From a virus (lineage: Duplodnaviria; Caudoviricetes), in the IMG/VR virus record IMGVR_UViG_3300025450_000037, positions 1-54,732 of that record: a DNA stretch of 54,732 nt. One strand, 5' to 3'. The notes under the pieces were generated by a model that saw only the letters and a list, made by a program, of their open reading frames with translations, made no database searches and was not told where the DNA came from. Each line of letters starts with the position of its first letter. Within the stretch, counting starts at the first letter, position 1. This document shows, piece by piece, positions 20,597 to 28,363 of this stretch. Both the position numbers and the translations under genes were made by a program.

Positions 20597-21422
20597 TAAA
20601 GAATGTTTTTGCTAAATCTGTGCCTTCCAGGCCTGATTCTTGATAAACTTTAAGCTTTTCTTTACTAAATTGAGGATTTATTTTTAAAGGATCCATCCAA
20701 GCCCTTATCTCTTCGTGAGTTTTGTTACCGATCTGCTTATAATATTCTGGGGTTCCATATATATTAAATGTTCCTGGAGCATCTTCTTTTTTTAAAGAAA
20801 AGTTAGAAAAAACATATCTTGTACCAGAAGTGACCTCTCTCACTCCATGTGCGTACGGCTCAAAAGCACTATGAATTACTATATCTCCCTTTTGTGGCTT
20901 GTACTCAAAACATCCTTTTTTAAAATCTTCAGGAGTTGTTTTTATTGTTCCATCTGGATTAATTTGTGGATAAAAAATTTCTCCGCCTTCATAATCACCA
21001 AAATAAGCACATATTCCATAATCTAATTCGCAGCAAGTACTCCATAAATCATTTTGTGACAAAAGATGACATTGTCCTTTACCTGGACTATCGGAGTGAA
21101 TAAACATTCCATTATCTCCAGGCCTTACTCTTAAATAAGCGTTTTGAGGATGAATAATCCAATTTGGACCTATAAGCTCGCTCATAAATTCCCATAGCTC
21201 TATTGTGCCAGGCACTCCTGGAGCCATTTTTTCTGTATACCAGCTCATTAAACCCTGATCATACTTAGGGATTTCATTTGGCAGAGCATTTAGCCCATTT
21301 TCAATTTTTTCAACTAATTCTTCTGGAACTATATTTTTAAAAATAAAAATTCCAGATTTTGTTCCATATTCATCAACGTATGGAGATGGATTTAAGCAAT
21401 CTGGTCTATCATAAAAAAACAT
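20580..21422 (-). CDS. 2OG-Fe(II) dioxygenase (prolyl 4-hydroxylase-like) #6
   Basis: HSD...DYEGGEIFYP...PQKGDIVI...AHGVREVTSGTRY; Cys-rich insert after HxD. Confidence 0.9.
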   Translation of the reverse strand: MFFYDRPDCLNPSPYVDEYGTKSGIFIFKNIVPEELVEKIENGLNALPNEIPKYDQGLMSWYTEKMAPGVPGTIELWEFMSELIGPNWIIHPQNAYLRVRPGDNGMFIHSDSPGKGQCHLLSQNDLWSTCCELDYGICAYFGDYEGGEIFYPQINPDGTIKTTPEDFKKGCFEYKPQKGDIVIHSAFEPYAHGVREVTSGTRYVFSNFSLKKEDAPGTFNIYGTPEYYKQIGNKTHEEIRAWMDPLKINPQFSKEKLKVYQESGLEGTDLAKTFFSDMVE

Positions 21423-21467
21423 TCATACCCCCGATATAACTAAATTATATCATAAATTTATTATAGA

Positions 21468-22124
21468 TTAAATTTTCCAAGCAGATACTGTAGACATGTA
21501 TCTATCACCGCTTATAATAGGCTTTACTTCGTGTATAAAGGGCGTTTGAGAAGGAAACATTATCATACTACCTTTCTTTGGCTTAATCGTTATATTGTGG
21601 CCTGGAAAGCTTATTTCTCCCCCCTCATAATTTTCATTAAGGTAGCAAACCAAAGAAAATGCCAAATCTTTATTGCCATCATAACCATCAGCATGAGGAC
21701 CCATATTTGCGCCTTCTTGCCATTTTTTAACAGGAATATTGTCTGTCTCTAATCTATATTCATCTTTATTAATTTTATGACCGTCCATATATCTTGAATA
21801 ACACATTTCAAAGGCCATTTCTAAGCTATTGTAAATATATAGGATTTTTTGATCAGTTTTTTCATCCCCACAACCCCATTTAGACTCATCTTTATTAATG
21901 TTTTTGGTTGCACCATAAATTAAATCATTATTATTACTTGCTGTCCAAACATTCCATGGAGATATGGCTTTATGAGACATTTGATTAGAGTCTATATTAT
22001 TAATAAATTGAACTAACTCATCAGGGTAACTAATAACATTATCCCAATACCAGATGTCTGGATGCAAAACATCTAGGTCAAACATTATATATTGTTCTTT
22101 ACCGCCTAAAAATTTTTGCTTCAT
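21468..22124 (-). CDS. 2OG-Fe(II) dioxygenase (prolyl 4-hydroxylase-like) #5
   Basis: HAD...YLNENYEGGEISFP...MFPS...HEVKPIISGDRY. Confidence 0.92.
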   Translation of the reverse strand: MKQKFLGGKEQYIMFDLDVLHPDIWYWDNVISYPDELVQFINNIDSNQMSHKAISPWNVWTASNNNDLIYGATKNINKDESKWGCGDEKTDQKILYIYNSLEMAFEMCYSRYMDGHKINKDEYRLETDNIPVKKWQEGANMGPHADGYDGNKDLAFSLVCYLNENYEGGEISFPGHNITIKPKKGSMIMFPSQTPFIHEVKPIISGDRYMSTVSAWKI

Positions 22125-22861
22125 ATCAAATCTTTCTCTGAAATTTTATTTCCATCTGGTGTCAATCTTTTTCCTTCTTGACGTATTCCTGACCATTCTA
22201 CTGCTTGATCTGCTTGCATCGCTCTTACCTCAGCAAGCTCTTTTGCCCACGCATCCCTAGTTTCTTGAGGATAATCTGATTCCTCACGATCATCAAAAAA
22301 AGAACCTATAGTGTATCTGTTTGATTTTTTAACAACCTTAACCTCATGCATGTTTTTATGACCACCATGAAAAGCTGCCAACATGCCTGTTTTTGGTAAA
22401 AACTCAAGGTTATGTTCAGAAAAAGATAGTTCTCCTCCTTCAAAATCATCATTTAAATATAAGAACGCTGCATAACGACTTCTTGTAAATGCTCCCATAA
22501 CACCATCATTATTGCTGTTATCTGAGTGAAGCGGAGCAAATGCGCCTGGCTCCCATTTTTGTGAATGAAAACTTATTTTTGAAAGCTGTGGTTCTGGAAT
22601 ATTAGCTACTTCTGCAACCGCATCTCTAAATCTTTTATACAAGCTAGAAAACCAATTATTTGGCAAACCAAACTCAGCAAGTATTGGATCATTGTCTTCT
22701 GGATAACCAGAGGAATATGATTCATAAAATGAAATTGGCTTCCAAAAATCTGGCCTTATTTCATTTAATCTATTTAAAAGAGCAATTGTTTTTTCAGCTT
22801 CTTCTTTTGTTATAAAATCTTCAATCAACAGCAAATCATCTAAAACAAAATTTTTATTCAT
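22121..22861 (-). CDS. 2OG-Fe(II) dioxygenase (prolyl 4-hydroxylase-like) #4
   Basis: HSD...YLNDDFEGGELSF...HEVKVVKKSNRYT. Confidence 0.92.
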   Translation of the reverse strand: MNKNFVLDDLLLIEDFITKEEAEKTIALLNRLNEIRPDFWKPISFYESYSSGYPEDNDPILAEFGLPNNWFSSLYKRFRDAVAEVANIPEPQLSKISFHSQKWEPGAFAPLHSDNSNNDGVMGAFTRSRYAAFLYLNDDFEGGELSFSEHNLEFLPKTGMLAAFHGGHKNMHEVKVVKKSNRYTIGSFFDDREESDYPQETRDAWAKELAEVRAMQADQAVEWSGIRQEGKRLTPDGNKISEKDLI

Positions 22862-23714
22862 TTGTCTGAGTTATACCTAACTTTTCTGCCCTAATTTTTT
22901 GTGCTTCAGCAAAAGTAATTTTTGTTCCGTTACTTAAATAAATCATATTTTCATCATCTTCTTTTTCAATTCTTTCCCATTCCATCTTAGACCATTTATA
23001 AGCACCAATTGTTCTTTGCTTTTCTAGCCATTCTTCTGATCCTGGGTAATTTGTCATAACAAAATTTCTAACAAAGTACTTGTTTCCATTAGAAATTCTT
23101 TTAACTCCATGATAATAAGGATCTGTAGAAGGAAATACAACTAAATCACCAGCTTTTGGTTTATGATTAATAATATTGTTATCAATATAAAATTCTAAAT
23201 CCCCACCATCATAATCGTCATTTATATAAAATGTCATTGTTGTGTGAAATTTATCTCCAGGCATGTCTCTTTGAGAAATGATATAATCTGTATGATATTG
23301 CATTGTCATATTATTTTTTAAATCATCAATTTCATCAAAATATTTACAATAAGAATTTCCGCTAAAATGTGCGTCTTCTGGAAATTTTAAACCTGTATGA
23401 TTAGTATAATGAGATGCTGCTTTTTCGTAAGCTGCAATCAATTCGTCTTGTAAGGATTTTTCATCATCAAACATTTCTCCTTGTTCAACATTATTTAAAT
23501 CTTCTCCCCATTTTATTTGAGTATAAGTTCCAAATTGAGCCCACTTTGTCCAAGGTTTTAAAAAATATTTTCCCTCAGAAGCTGATTCTGATTTAGACAT
23601 AGTTTCATAAGCTTTTTGAGGATTAGAAAGCATATTTTTATAAACAATTACATTTGGATAAATTTCTTCAAACTCTAAATCTTTAAAATCATCTGTAAAC
23701 TTAATATTATTCAT
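22854..23714 (-). CDS. 2OG-Fe(II) dioxygenase (prolyl 4-hydroxylase-like) #3
   Basis: HTD...YINDDYDGGDLEF...VFPS...YHGVKRISNGNKY. Start moved to ATG 23714, which overlaps the upstream gene end and has a GGAG RBS. Confidence 0.9.
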   Translation of the reverse strand: MNNIKFTDDFKDLEFEEIYPNVIVYKNMLSNPQKAYETMSKSESASEGKYFLKPWTKWAQFGTYTQIKWGEDLNNVEQGEMFDDEKSLQDELIAAYEKAASHYTNHTGLKFPEDAHFSGNSYCKYFDEIDDLKNNMTMQYHTDYIISQRDMPGDKFHTTMTFYINDDYDGGDLEFYIDNNIINHKPKAGDLVVFPSTDPYYHGVKRISNGNKYFVRNFVMTNYPGSEEWLEKQRTIGAYKWSKMEWERIEKEDDENMIYLSNGTKITFAEAQKIRAEKLGITQTNE

Positions 23715-24456
23715 TATTCTCCTTATTTTCAAAAAGCTTTTTATATTCTGGATTATCGAATCCACCAATAAAACCTGCAGGTGGTTGTTTTTCACCTGTA
23801 TGCTCCATTATTGTCCAAAAAAATGGAGAAGTAAATCTATTACCCGATTTTATTGGTCTTACTCCATGGGCATAATATTTGTCTCCAGGAAAGAAGTACG
23901 CCGCCCTTGGCTTTGGTTTAAACTCTATTCCATGTTGGGGAAAATAAAGTTCTCCACCCACATAATCGTCATTAAAATAAAATAGGCCAGCTATATCATA
24001 CCAGGGAAAATCATTTGGTCTGCCACGTTCTTCTCCTACATGGAACTCTTTGTCTGCGTGAGGCTCTTGTCGTGCTCCAACAGGCCATCTAACAATTGCT
24101 GGTCCAGTGGCTTGAACATTTACATTAAAAAATTTGTCAACTTCAATTTTTAAACGATCAATTAAAGAATAGATAAGATTTAATATTGATGGATCTGATG
24201 CCATTAAAGAATTATATGTGCAAACACGGTCTTCCCAAACTGTTGCATCATATAAAACTAAACCATCTTGGTCAACATGTGTTTCTGTTTTATCCCAAAT
24301 TTTATTGTTTAAAGCAAATCTCATCAAGCTTTCTTGTTCTTTTTCCGTAATAAAATTTTGTAACTCAACAATATTTTCAATTGAATCTCCAAAAAATCCA
24401 GACGGGGTTATTGATTTTGGCAAATCATTTTTATTCCAATTATTAGCTAATTCCAT
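23707..24456 (-). CDS. 2OG-Fe(II) dioxygenase (prolyl 4-hydroxylase-like) #2
   Basis: HAD...YFNDDYVGGELYFP...FFPG...AHGVRPIKSGNRF. Confidence 0.92.
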   Translation of the reverse strand: MELANNWNKNDLPKSITPSGFFGDSIENIVELQNFITEKEQESLMRFALNNKIWDKTETHVDQDGLVLYDATVWEDRVCTYNSLMASDPSILNLIYSLIDRLKIEVDKFFNVNVQATGPAIVRWPVGARQEPHADKEFHVGEERGRPNDFPWYDIAGLFYFNDDYVGGELYFPQHGIEFKPKPRAAYFFPGDKYYAHGVRPIKSGNRFTSPFFWTIMEHTGEKQPPAGFIGGFDNPEYKKLFENKENNE

Positions 24457-24495
24457 TGCTTCTTCTTTCTATATAAAATAATTATATCATAGATA

Positions 24496-25188
24496 CTAGT
24501 TAGTTACGCTTAGCCTTATTGCTTTAACCTGATGCTCACCAAGCTTTTTGCCTTTATGATCAACCCCATCACGGTAAAAATTTGTCCATTTTCCATTTCT
24601 ATTAATTTCATATATTGTATTACCATATTCATTCATATCTACTGATTGAGGCTTTTTTTGATCTATTGGTAAAAGATCTATTTCAGAACCCTGAAGTTCT
24701 GATAAATCAATTGGTAGTATTGCAATAATTGGAGTATTTGCTTTTATTGTTATCTCAACATTTGGCCTAGTTATTATCCATGCACATGGCAAATCTTCAT
24801 TAAAAAAAGAAGTTGACATAATTGTAGAAAAAGGAGTAATACCATCTCTTGGATAGTTTGGTACGGGCATAGATAAAATACTAACATTTTTTTCTGTTTC
24901 AAAACTTATACCAGTATTAAAACTAATAGTGGCATTAGCTCTTCCAGTTGAAACATATTTTTCTCCAGACATAATTTTTACATGCTCTGGTGAAGAATCA
25001 TTTATTCCATCCCAAATAAAAGATATGTCTTCTGGAAAAGATATGCCCCACCCCAACTGATTTGTTAAGCCGATTGGAAAACAGTGATAGGCGTGTGAAT
25101 TCCAAGTATTATCCATCCATTCTCTTTTTATTGATAGTGGAGATAAATTTCCATAGCCTTCTCTTTTAAAGGCCTTTATTTTGTGCAT
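24496..25188 (-). CDS. DUF6065-like protein
   Basis: KREWMD...HAYHCFPIGLTNQLGW pattern recalled as DUF6065-like. Start moved to ATG 25188. Confidence 0.55.
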   Translation of the reverse strand: MHKIKAFKREGYGNLSPLSIKREWMDNTWNSHAYHCFPIGLTNQLGWGISFPEDISFIWDGINDSSPEHVKIMSGEKYVSTGRANATISFNTGISFETEKNVSILSMPVPNYPRDGITPFSTIMSTSFFNEDLPCAWIITRPNVEITIKANTPIIAILPIDLSELQGSEIDLLPIDQKKPQSVDMNEYGNTIYEINRNGKWTNFYRDGVDHKGKKLGEHQVKAIRLSVTN

Positions 25189-25846
25189 CTCTTGCGACCC
25201 ACTTTTCACGCATCTGCATAAACTCATCATTATGCGCATGATCATTATAATCAAGCATTGTAACAATAGAGTATTTTGTTCCTTCAGAAACTGGAAGGGC
25301 AACATGTGAAAATAGGTATGTTGATGGGAATATATAAAGATCTCCTGCTTTTGGTTGAATATCAATATTAAGTTTTGGGAATCTTAATCCACCGCCAACA
25401 TAACCATCATTTGGATACCCAACCAATGAAACTGTTGCGCTATACGAAAATCCATGGTCTGCGTGTTCTTGGAAGTGTTGTCCAGGACCATATTTAACAA
25501 AATTCATTACTTCCCAATAATCCATCTTTGAATTATACATTGCGCAATAATCATTAACAGCATCAATTTGTGCTAAGTACGCATCTTTCCAGATGTCCTG
25601 CAAAGTTTGAAAATCTGGATTTTGTAGCATTGATTGATCTTTAATTTCGCCAATTTTAAAATCTACACAATCTCTATATTCTGGGCGAGATTCCATGTAG
25701 CCAACAGTGGCTCCAGACCATTTAAAATCAGAATTATTGTTTGCAATTAAGTTTTCTACACGTCCTATTAAATCAACTTCTTTTTTAAATACATCTTTAT
25801 AAACCCAAATTCCTGGGAAAAGCATTTCTTTAGATGAATAACTCAT
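25166..25846 (-). CDS. 2OG-Fe(II) dioxygenase (prolyl 4-hydroxylase-like) #1
   Basis: KYGPGQHFQEHAD...YPNDGYVGGGLRFP...IFPS...SHVALPVSEGTKYS. Confidence 0.92.
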   Translation of the reverse strand: MSYSSKEMLFPGIWVYKDVFKKEVDLIGRVENLIANNNSDFKWSGATVGYMESRPEYRDCVDFKIGEIKDQSMLQNPDFQTLQDIWKDAYLAQIDAVNDYCAMYNSKMDYWEVMNFVKYGPGQHFQEHADHGFSYSATVSLVGYPNDGYVGGGLRFPKLNIDIQPKAGDLYIFPSTYLFSHVALPVSEGTKYSIVTMLDYNDHAHNDEFMQMREKWVARDAQNKGL

Positions 25847-25883
25847 TTTAACCCTATCTATTAGTACAATGATTATAACATAG

Positions 25884-25922
25884 CTGTACCCATAATGTCT
25901 AATTTAAAAATTATGGGTACAG
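25884..25922. terminator. Inverted repeat between Hint protein and oxygenase cluster
   Basis: ctgtacccataat-N13-attatgggtacag, perfect 13-bp arms. Confidence 0.55.
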
Positions 25923-25934
25923 TGTATGTTTAAT

Positions 25935-27956
25935 TTAATTTATATCAAAATCTGGATAACCATTGTTTACTACTACTCCATCTGCAACAATTAATCCAAA
26001 TGGCGTTCTATTAAACTCATAGACCTCTGTAATTTCATCAATTACATCTATTGATTTAACATCTAGAAGGTATATCTCATTATCGTTAAGATCACTTTCT
26101 ACAGTAACAATTTGATCACCTGGAACTAAACGATTTGCATTAGTTAATCTGTATTGACCATCTGTTAATACAAGAATTTCTTCTAATACTGAGAATCTTT
26201 TAGCTTTATCTCCATTTATTATAATTGTTTCTTTTTGTGTAGCAACTGTAATATCTGTAACTTCAGATTCAATAAATTTGAAATTATTTAATTCAGCTAT
26301 ACTAAATGCTGCTATTTCTTTAAGACTTACATCTCCAAGTATCCCGTCAAAAACCTTGGTAAGAAGTACGTCTCCTACAGATATGTGTTTTGCTGCTCTA
26401 TATCCTGTAGTTGTAAGAACAAGAGTGTCTTCATGTATACAGAAACCTGGTGGTGCAAAGAACCCTGGTGGGGCAAAGAACCCTGGAGGTGCAAAGAACC
26501 CTGGAGGTGCAAAGAACCCTGGAGGTGCAAAGAACCCTGGAGGTGCAAAGAACCCTGGTGGGGCAAAGAACCCTGGAGGTGCAAAGAACCCTGGAGGTGC
26601 AAAGAACCCTGGAGGTGCAAAGAACCCTGGTGGGAAGAATGGTGGGAAGAACGGCGCAAGTGTTGTTACAGTTCCCGAAGCTGCAGAAGTGGCAGAAGTT
26701 CCGTTTGCGTTTACTGCTTGAACAGTATAATAATCAGAGTTTCCAGCTGTTTCTGTAAAGTTATAAGGAGAAGATGTTACTCCAGTTACAGTTCCGTGTG
26801 CACTTGAAATTACATTATAGCTTGTAATACCAGATCCACCATTATTTGGTGCGGTCCAAGATACCTGATCATAGTTTATTTGAGCTGATGCAGTTACTCC
26901 TGTAGGAGCTGCTGGAATTGTTGTTGGTGTAACGGAAGCGGCTGATGAAGCCAATGATGTTCCATTTGCATTTGTTGCAGTCATTGTAAATGAATAGTTT
27001 GTTCCACCAGTCATTCCAGAAACTGTGATTGGCGAAGTTGTTCCACTGGCAGTTTGAGATCCGCTAGAAGTTACGTTATAACTAGAAACAGCTTTTCCTC
27101 CAGTTCCTCCTGCCGTGAATGATATTTTTGCTTGTGCATTACCAAAAGCTACACCTACTCCAACATCTGCTGCTGAAATTGATTGTGGTGCTTGAGGAAT
27201 TGTAGTAACAGTCACAGAAGAAGATGTTGTTGGACTACTTGAATAAAGAGATGGTGATGCTGCGCCAGATTTTATTGCGCTGGCACTATTGTAGTTTGTT
27301 TTAGAAGCAGTAATAGTAATATTTGAACCCTGATTTGCAGAAAGTCCAGATACTGTTACTCCAGAACCTGATATGGAAACAGAACCAGCAGAAGATGATG
27401 CAGAGTATGTTTGTGTTGCATCATAATTTGTTATGGTAAATGTAAATCCATTAGCAGTGGATGTGGCTGATGAAAATGTTGGAGTTGACAAATTTGCAGT
27501 CAAAGCACTTGATGTTACTGTTAAAGGAGTAGATGTGTATGTAGATTGTGTTTCATTTATAGTAACAGTTGCAGCTTGATTTGAAGTTAAACCAGTAACT
27601 GTAAATGTTGTTCCTGAAACAGTTACGGTACCCACCGTAGTAGTTGCGGAATAAGTTTCAACTCCATTTGAGTTTGTTACAGAAAAAGTAAATCCATCAG
27701 CTGTTTGAGTTATTGCTCCTATTGTTGGCTGAGGAAGTGGTCCTCCAAAAGCTGGTGGTGCAAAGAACCCTGGTGGTGCAAAGAACCCTGGAGGTGCAAA
27801 GAACCCTGGAGGTGCAAAGAACCCTGGTGGGGCAAAGAACCCTGGAGGGGCAAAGAACCCTGGAGGTGAGAATACGTAAGGCGGAGGTGGCGGAGTAACA
27901 GGAGGCGGAGGCGGGGTTACTCCAGTATAAATTTGATCTTGAGGTGATGTTGACAT
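25935..27956 (-). CDS. FN3/Ig-repeat protein with two (PPGFFA)n arrays and a C-terminal Hint (intein-like) domain
   Basis: FN3 motifs (YSFTMTATNANGTS, VSWTAPNNGGSGITSY). Hint N-terminal block CIHEDTLVLTTTGYRAAKHISVGD and C-terminal block EVYEF...IVADGVVVNN. Confidence 0.85.
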   Translation of the reverse strand: MSTSPQDQIYTGVTPPPPPVTPPPPPYVFSPPGFFAPPGFFAPPGFFAPPGFFAPPGFFAPPGFFAPPAFGGPLPQPTIGAITQTADGFTFSVTNSNGVETYSATTTVGTVTVSGTTFTVTGLTSNQAATVTINETQSTYTSTPLTVTSSALTANLSTPTFSSATSTANGFTFTITNYDATQTYSASSSAGSVSISGSGVTVSGLSANQGSNITITASKTNYNSASAIKSGAASPSLYSSSPTTSSSVTVTTIPQAPQSISAADVGVGVAFGNAQAKISFTAGGTGGKAVSSYNVTSSGSQTASGTTSPITVSGMTGGTNYSFTMTATNANGTSLASSAASVTPTTIPAAPTGVTASAQINYDQVSWTAPNNGGSGITSYNVISSAHGTVTGVTSSPYNFTETAGNSDYYTVQAVNANGTSATSAASGTVTTLAPFFPPFFPPGFFAPPGFFAPPGFFAPPGFFAPPGFFAPPGFFAPPGFFAPPGFFAPPGFFAPPGFFAPPGFCIHEDTLVLTTTGYRAAKHISVGDVLLTKVFDGILGDVSLKEIAAFSIAELNNFKFIESEVTDITVATQKETIIINGDKAKRFSVLEEILVLTDGQYRLTNANRLVPGDQIVTVESDLNDNEIYLLDVKSIDVIDEITEVYEFNRTPFGLIVADGVVVNNGYPDFDIN
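25938..26441 (-). other. Hint domain
   Basis: Starts with Cys (codon 26441-26439) directly after the last PPGF unit. Block A and F/G-like motifs are visible, but the canonical TxxH and penultimate His are not. Confidence 0.75.
26442..26657 (-). repeat. 18-bp tandem repeat encoding (PPGFFA)x10, preceded by APFFPPFF
   Basis: Unit tgcaaagaaccctggagg with synonymous variation; 26454-26633 is 10 units. Confidence 0.97.
27759..27866 (-). repeat. 18-bp tandem repeat encoding (PPGFFA)x6
   Basis: Same unit as the C-terminal array. Confidence 0.97.
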
Positions 27957-28010
27957 TATTACTCACTCTCCTTCTGTTTTAAATTATTAATTAATTGTAT
28001 CATGATTTTA

Positions 28011-28334
28011 TTAAGCATAAGAATTAGCAACAATTGAAAATGTATATGCTGTATTCGAAGCTAGCCCTTCAAAAAGATATGATGTTGCAGGAGCATTAAC
28101 TGTAGCTGTATAAGTTGTTGGGGTTGTTGTTATTGTATAAGAAACTATAGGCAGTGTATTTGTATCTGTCCAAGATAGCTGTGCAGCAGCTCCCTGACCT
28201 GAAGCAGAAGCTTGATTTGAAACAGCGGTTGCAAGATATGCTCTATTTGTTCCAACATCTGTAGCAGTTATAGAAACTACTGCCTTTGGTGGTACCTGCT
28301 CTCCTTGTCCCGCATTAGTTGCATGTTTTGCCAT
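28011..28334 (-). CDS. Single FN3-like domain protein (possibly a detached N-terminus of the downstream gene)
   Basis: LSWT..SYTITT..FEGLASNTAYTFSIVA FN3 signature; it ends just before the expected last strand. Confidence 0.7.
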   Translation of the reverse strand: MAKHATNAGQGEQVPPKAVVSITATDVGTNRAYLATAVSNQASASGQGAAAQLSWTDTNTLPIVSYTITTTPTTYTATVNAPATSYLFEGLASNTAYTFSIVANSYA

Positions 28335-28363
28335 TTATATTTCCCCTTTTCTATTTTTAATTA

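Noticed and set aside
20005-25846. Terminase expected upstream of the portal
   Set aside because: No Walker A/B or RNase H-like terminase motifs in these ORFs; it must lie outside the window.
25938-26441. Mobile intein with homing endonuclease
   Set aside because: Only ~168 aa, no LAGLIDADG motifs, terminal position with almost no C-extein. Better treated as a Hint autoprocessing domain.
26278-27966. ORFs with PGGAKN, QGSLHL, CKEPWR, QRTLEV or SRVLC repeats
   Set aside because: Stop-free shadow frames of the 18-bp repeat. Variation is synonymous in the PPGFFA frame, which is continuous with the FN3 and Hint domains.
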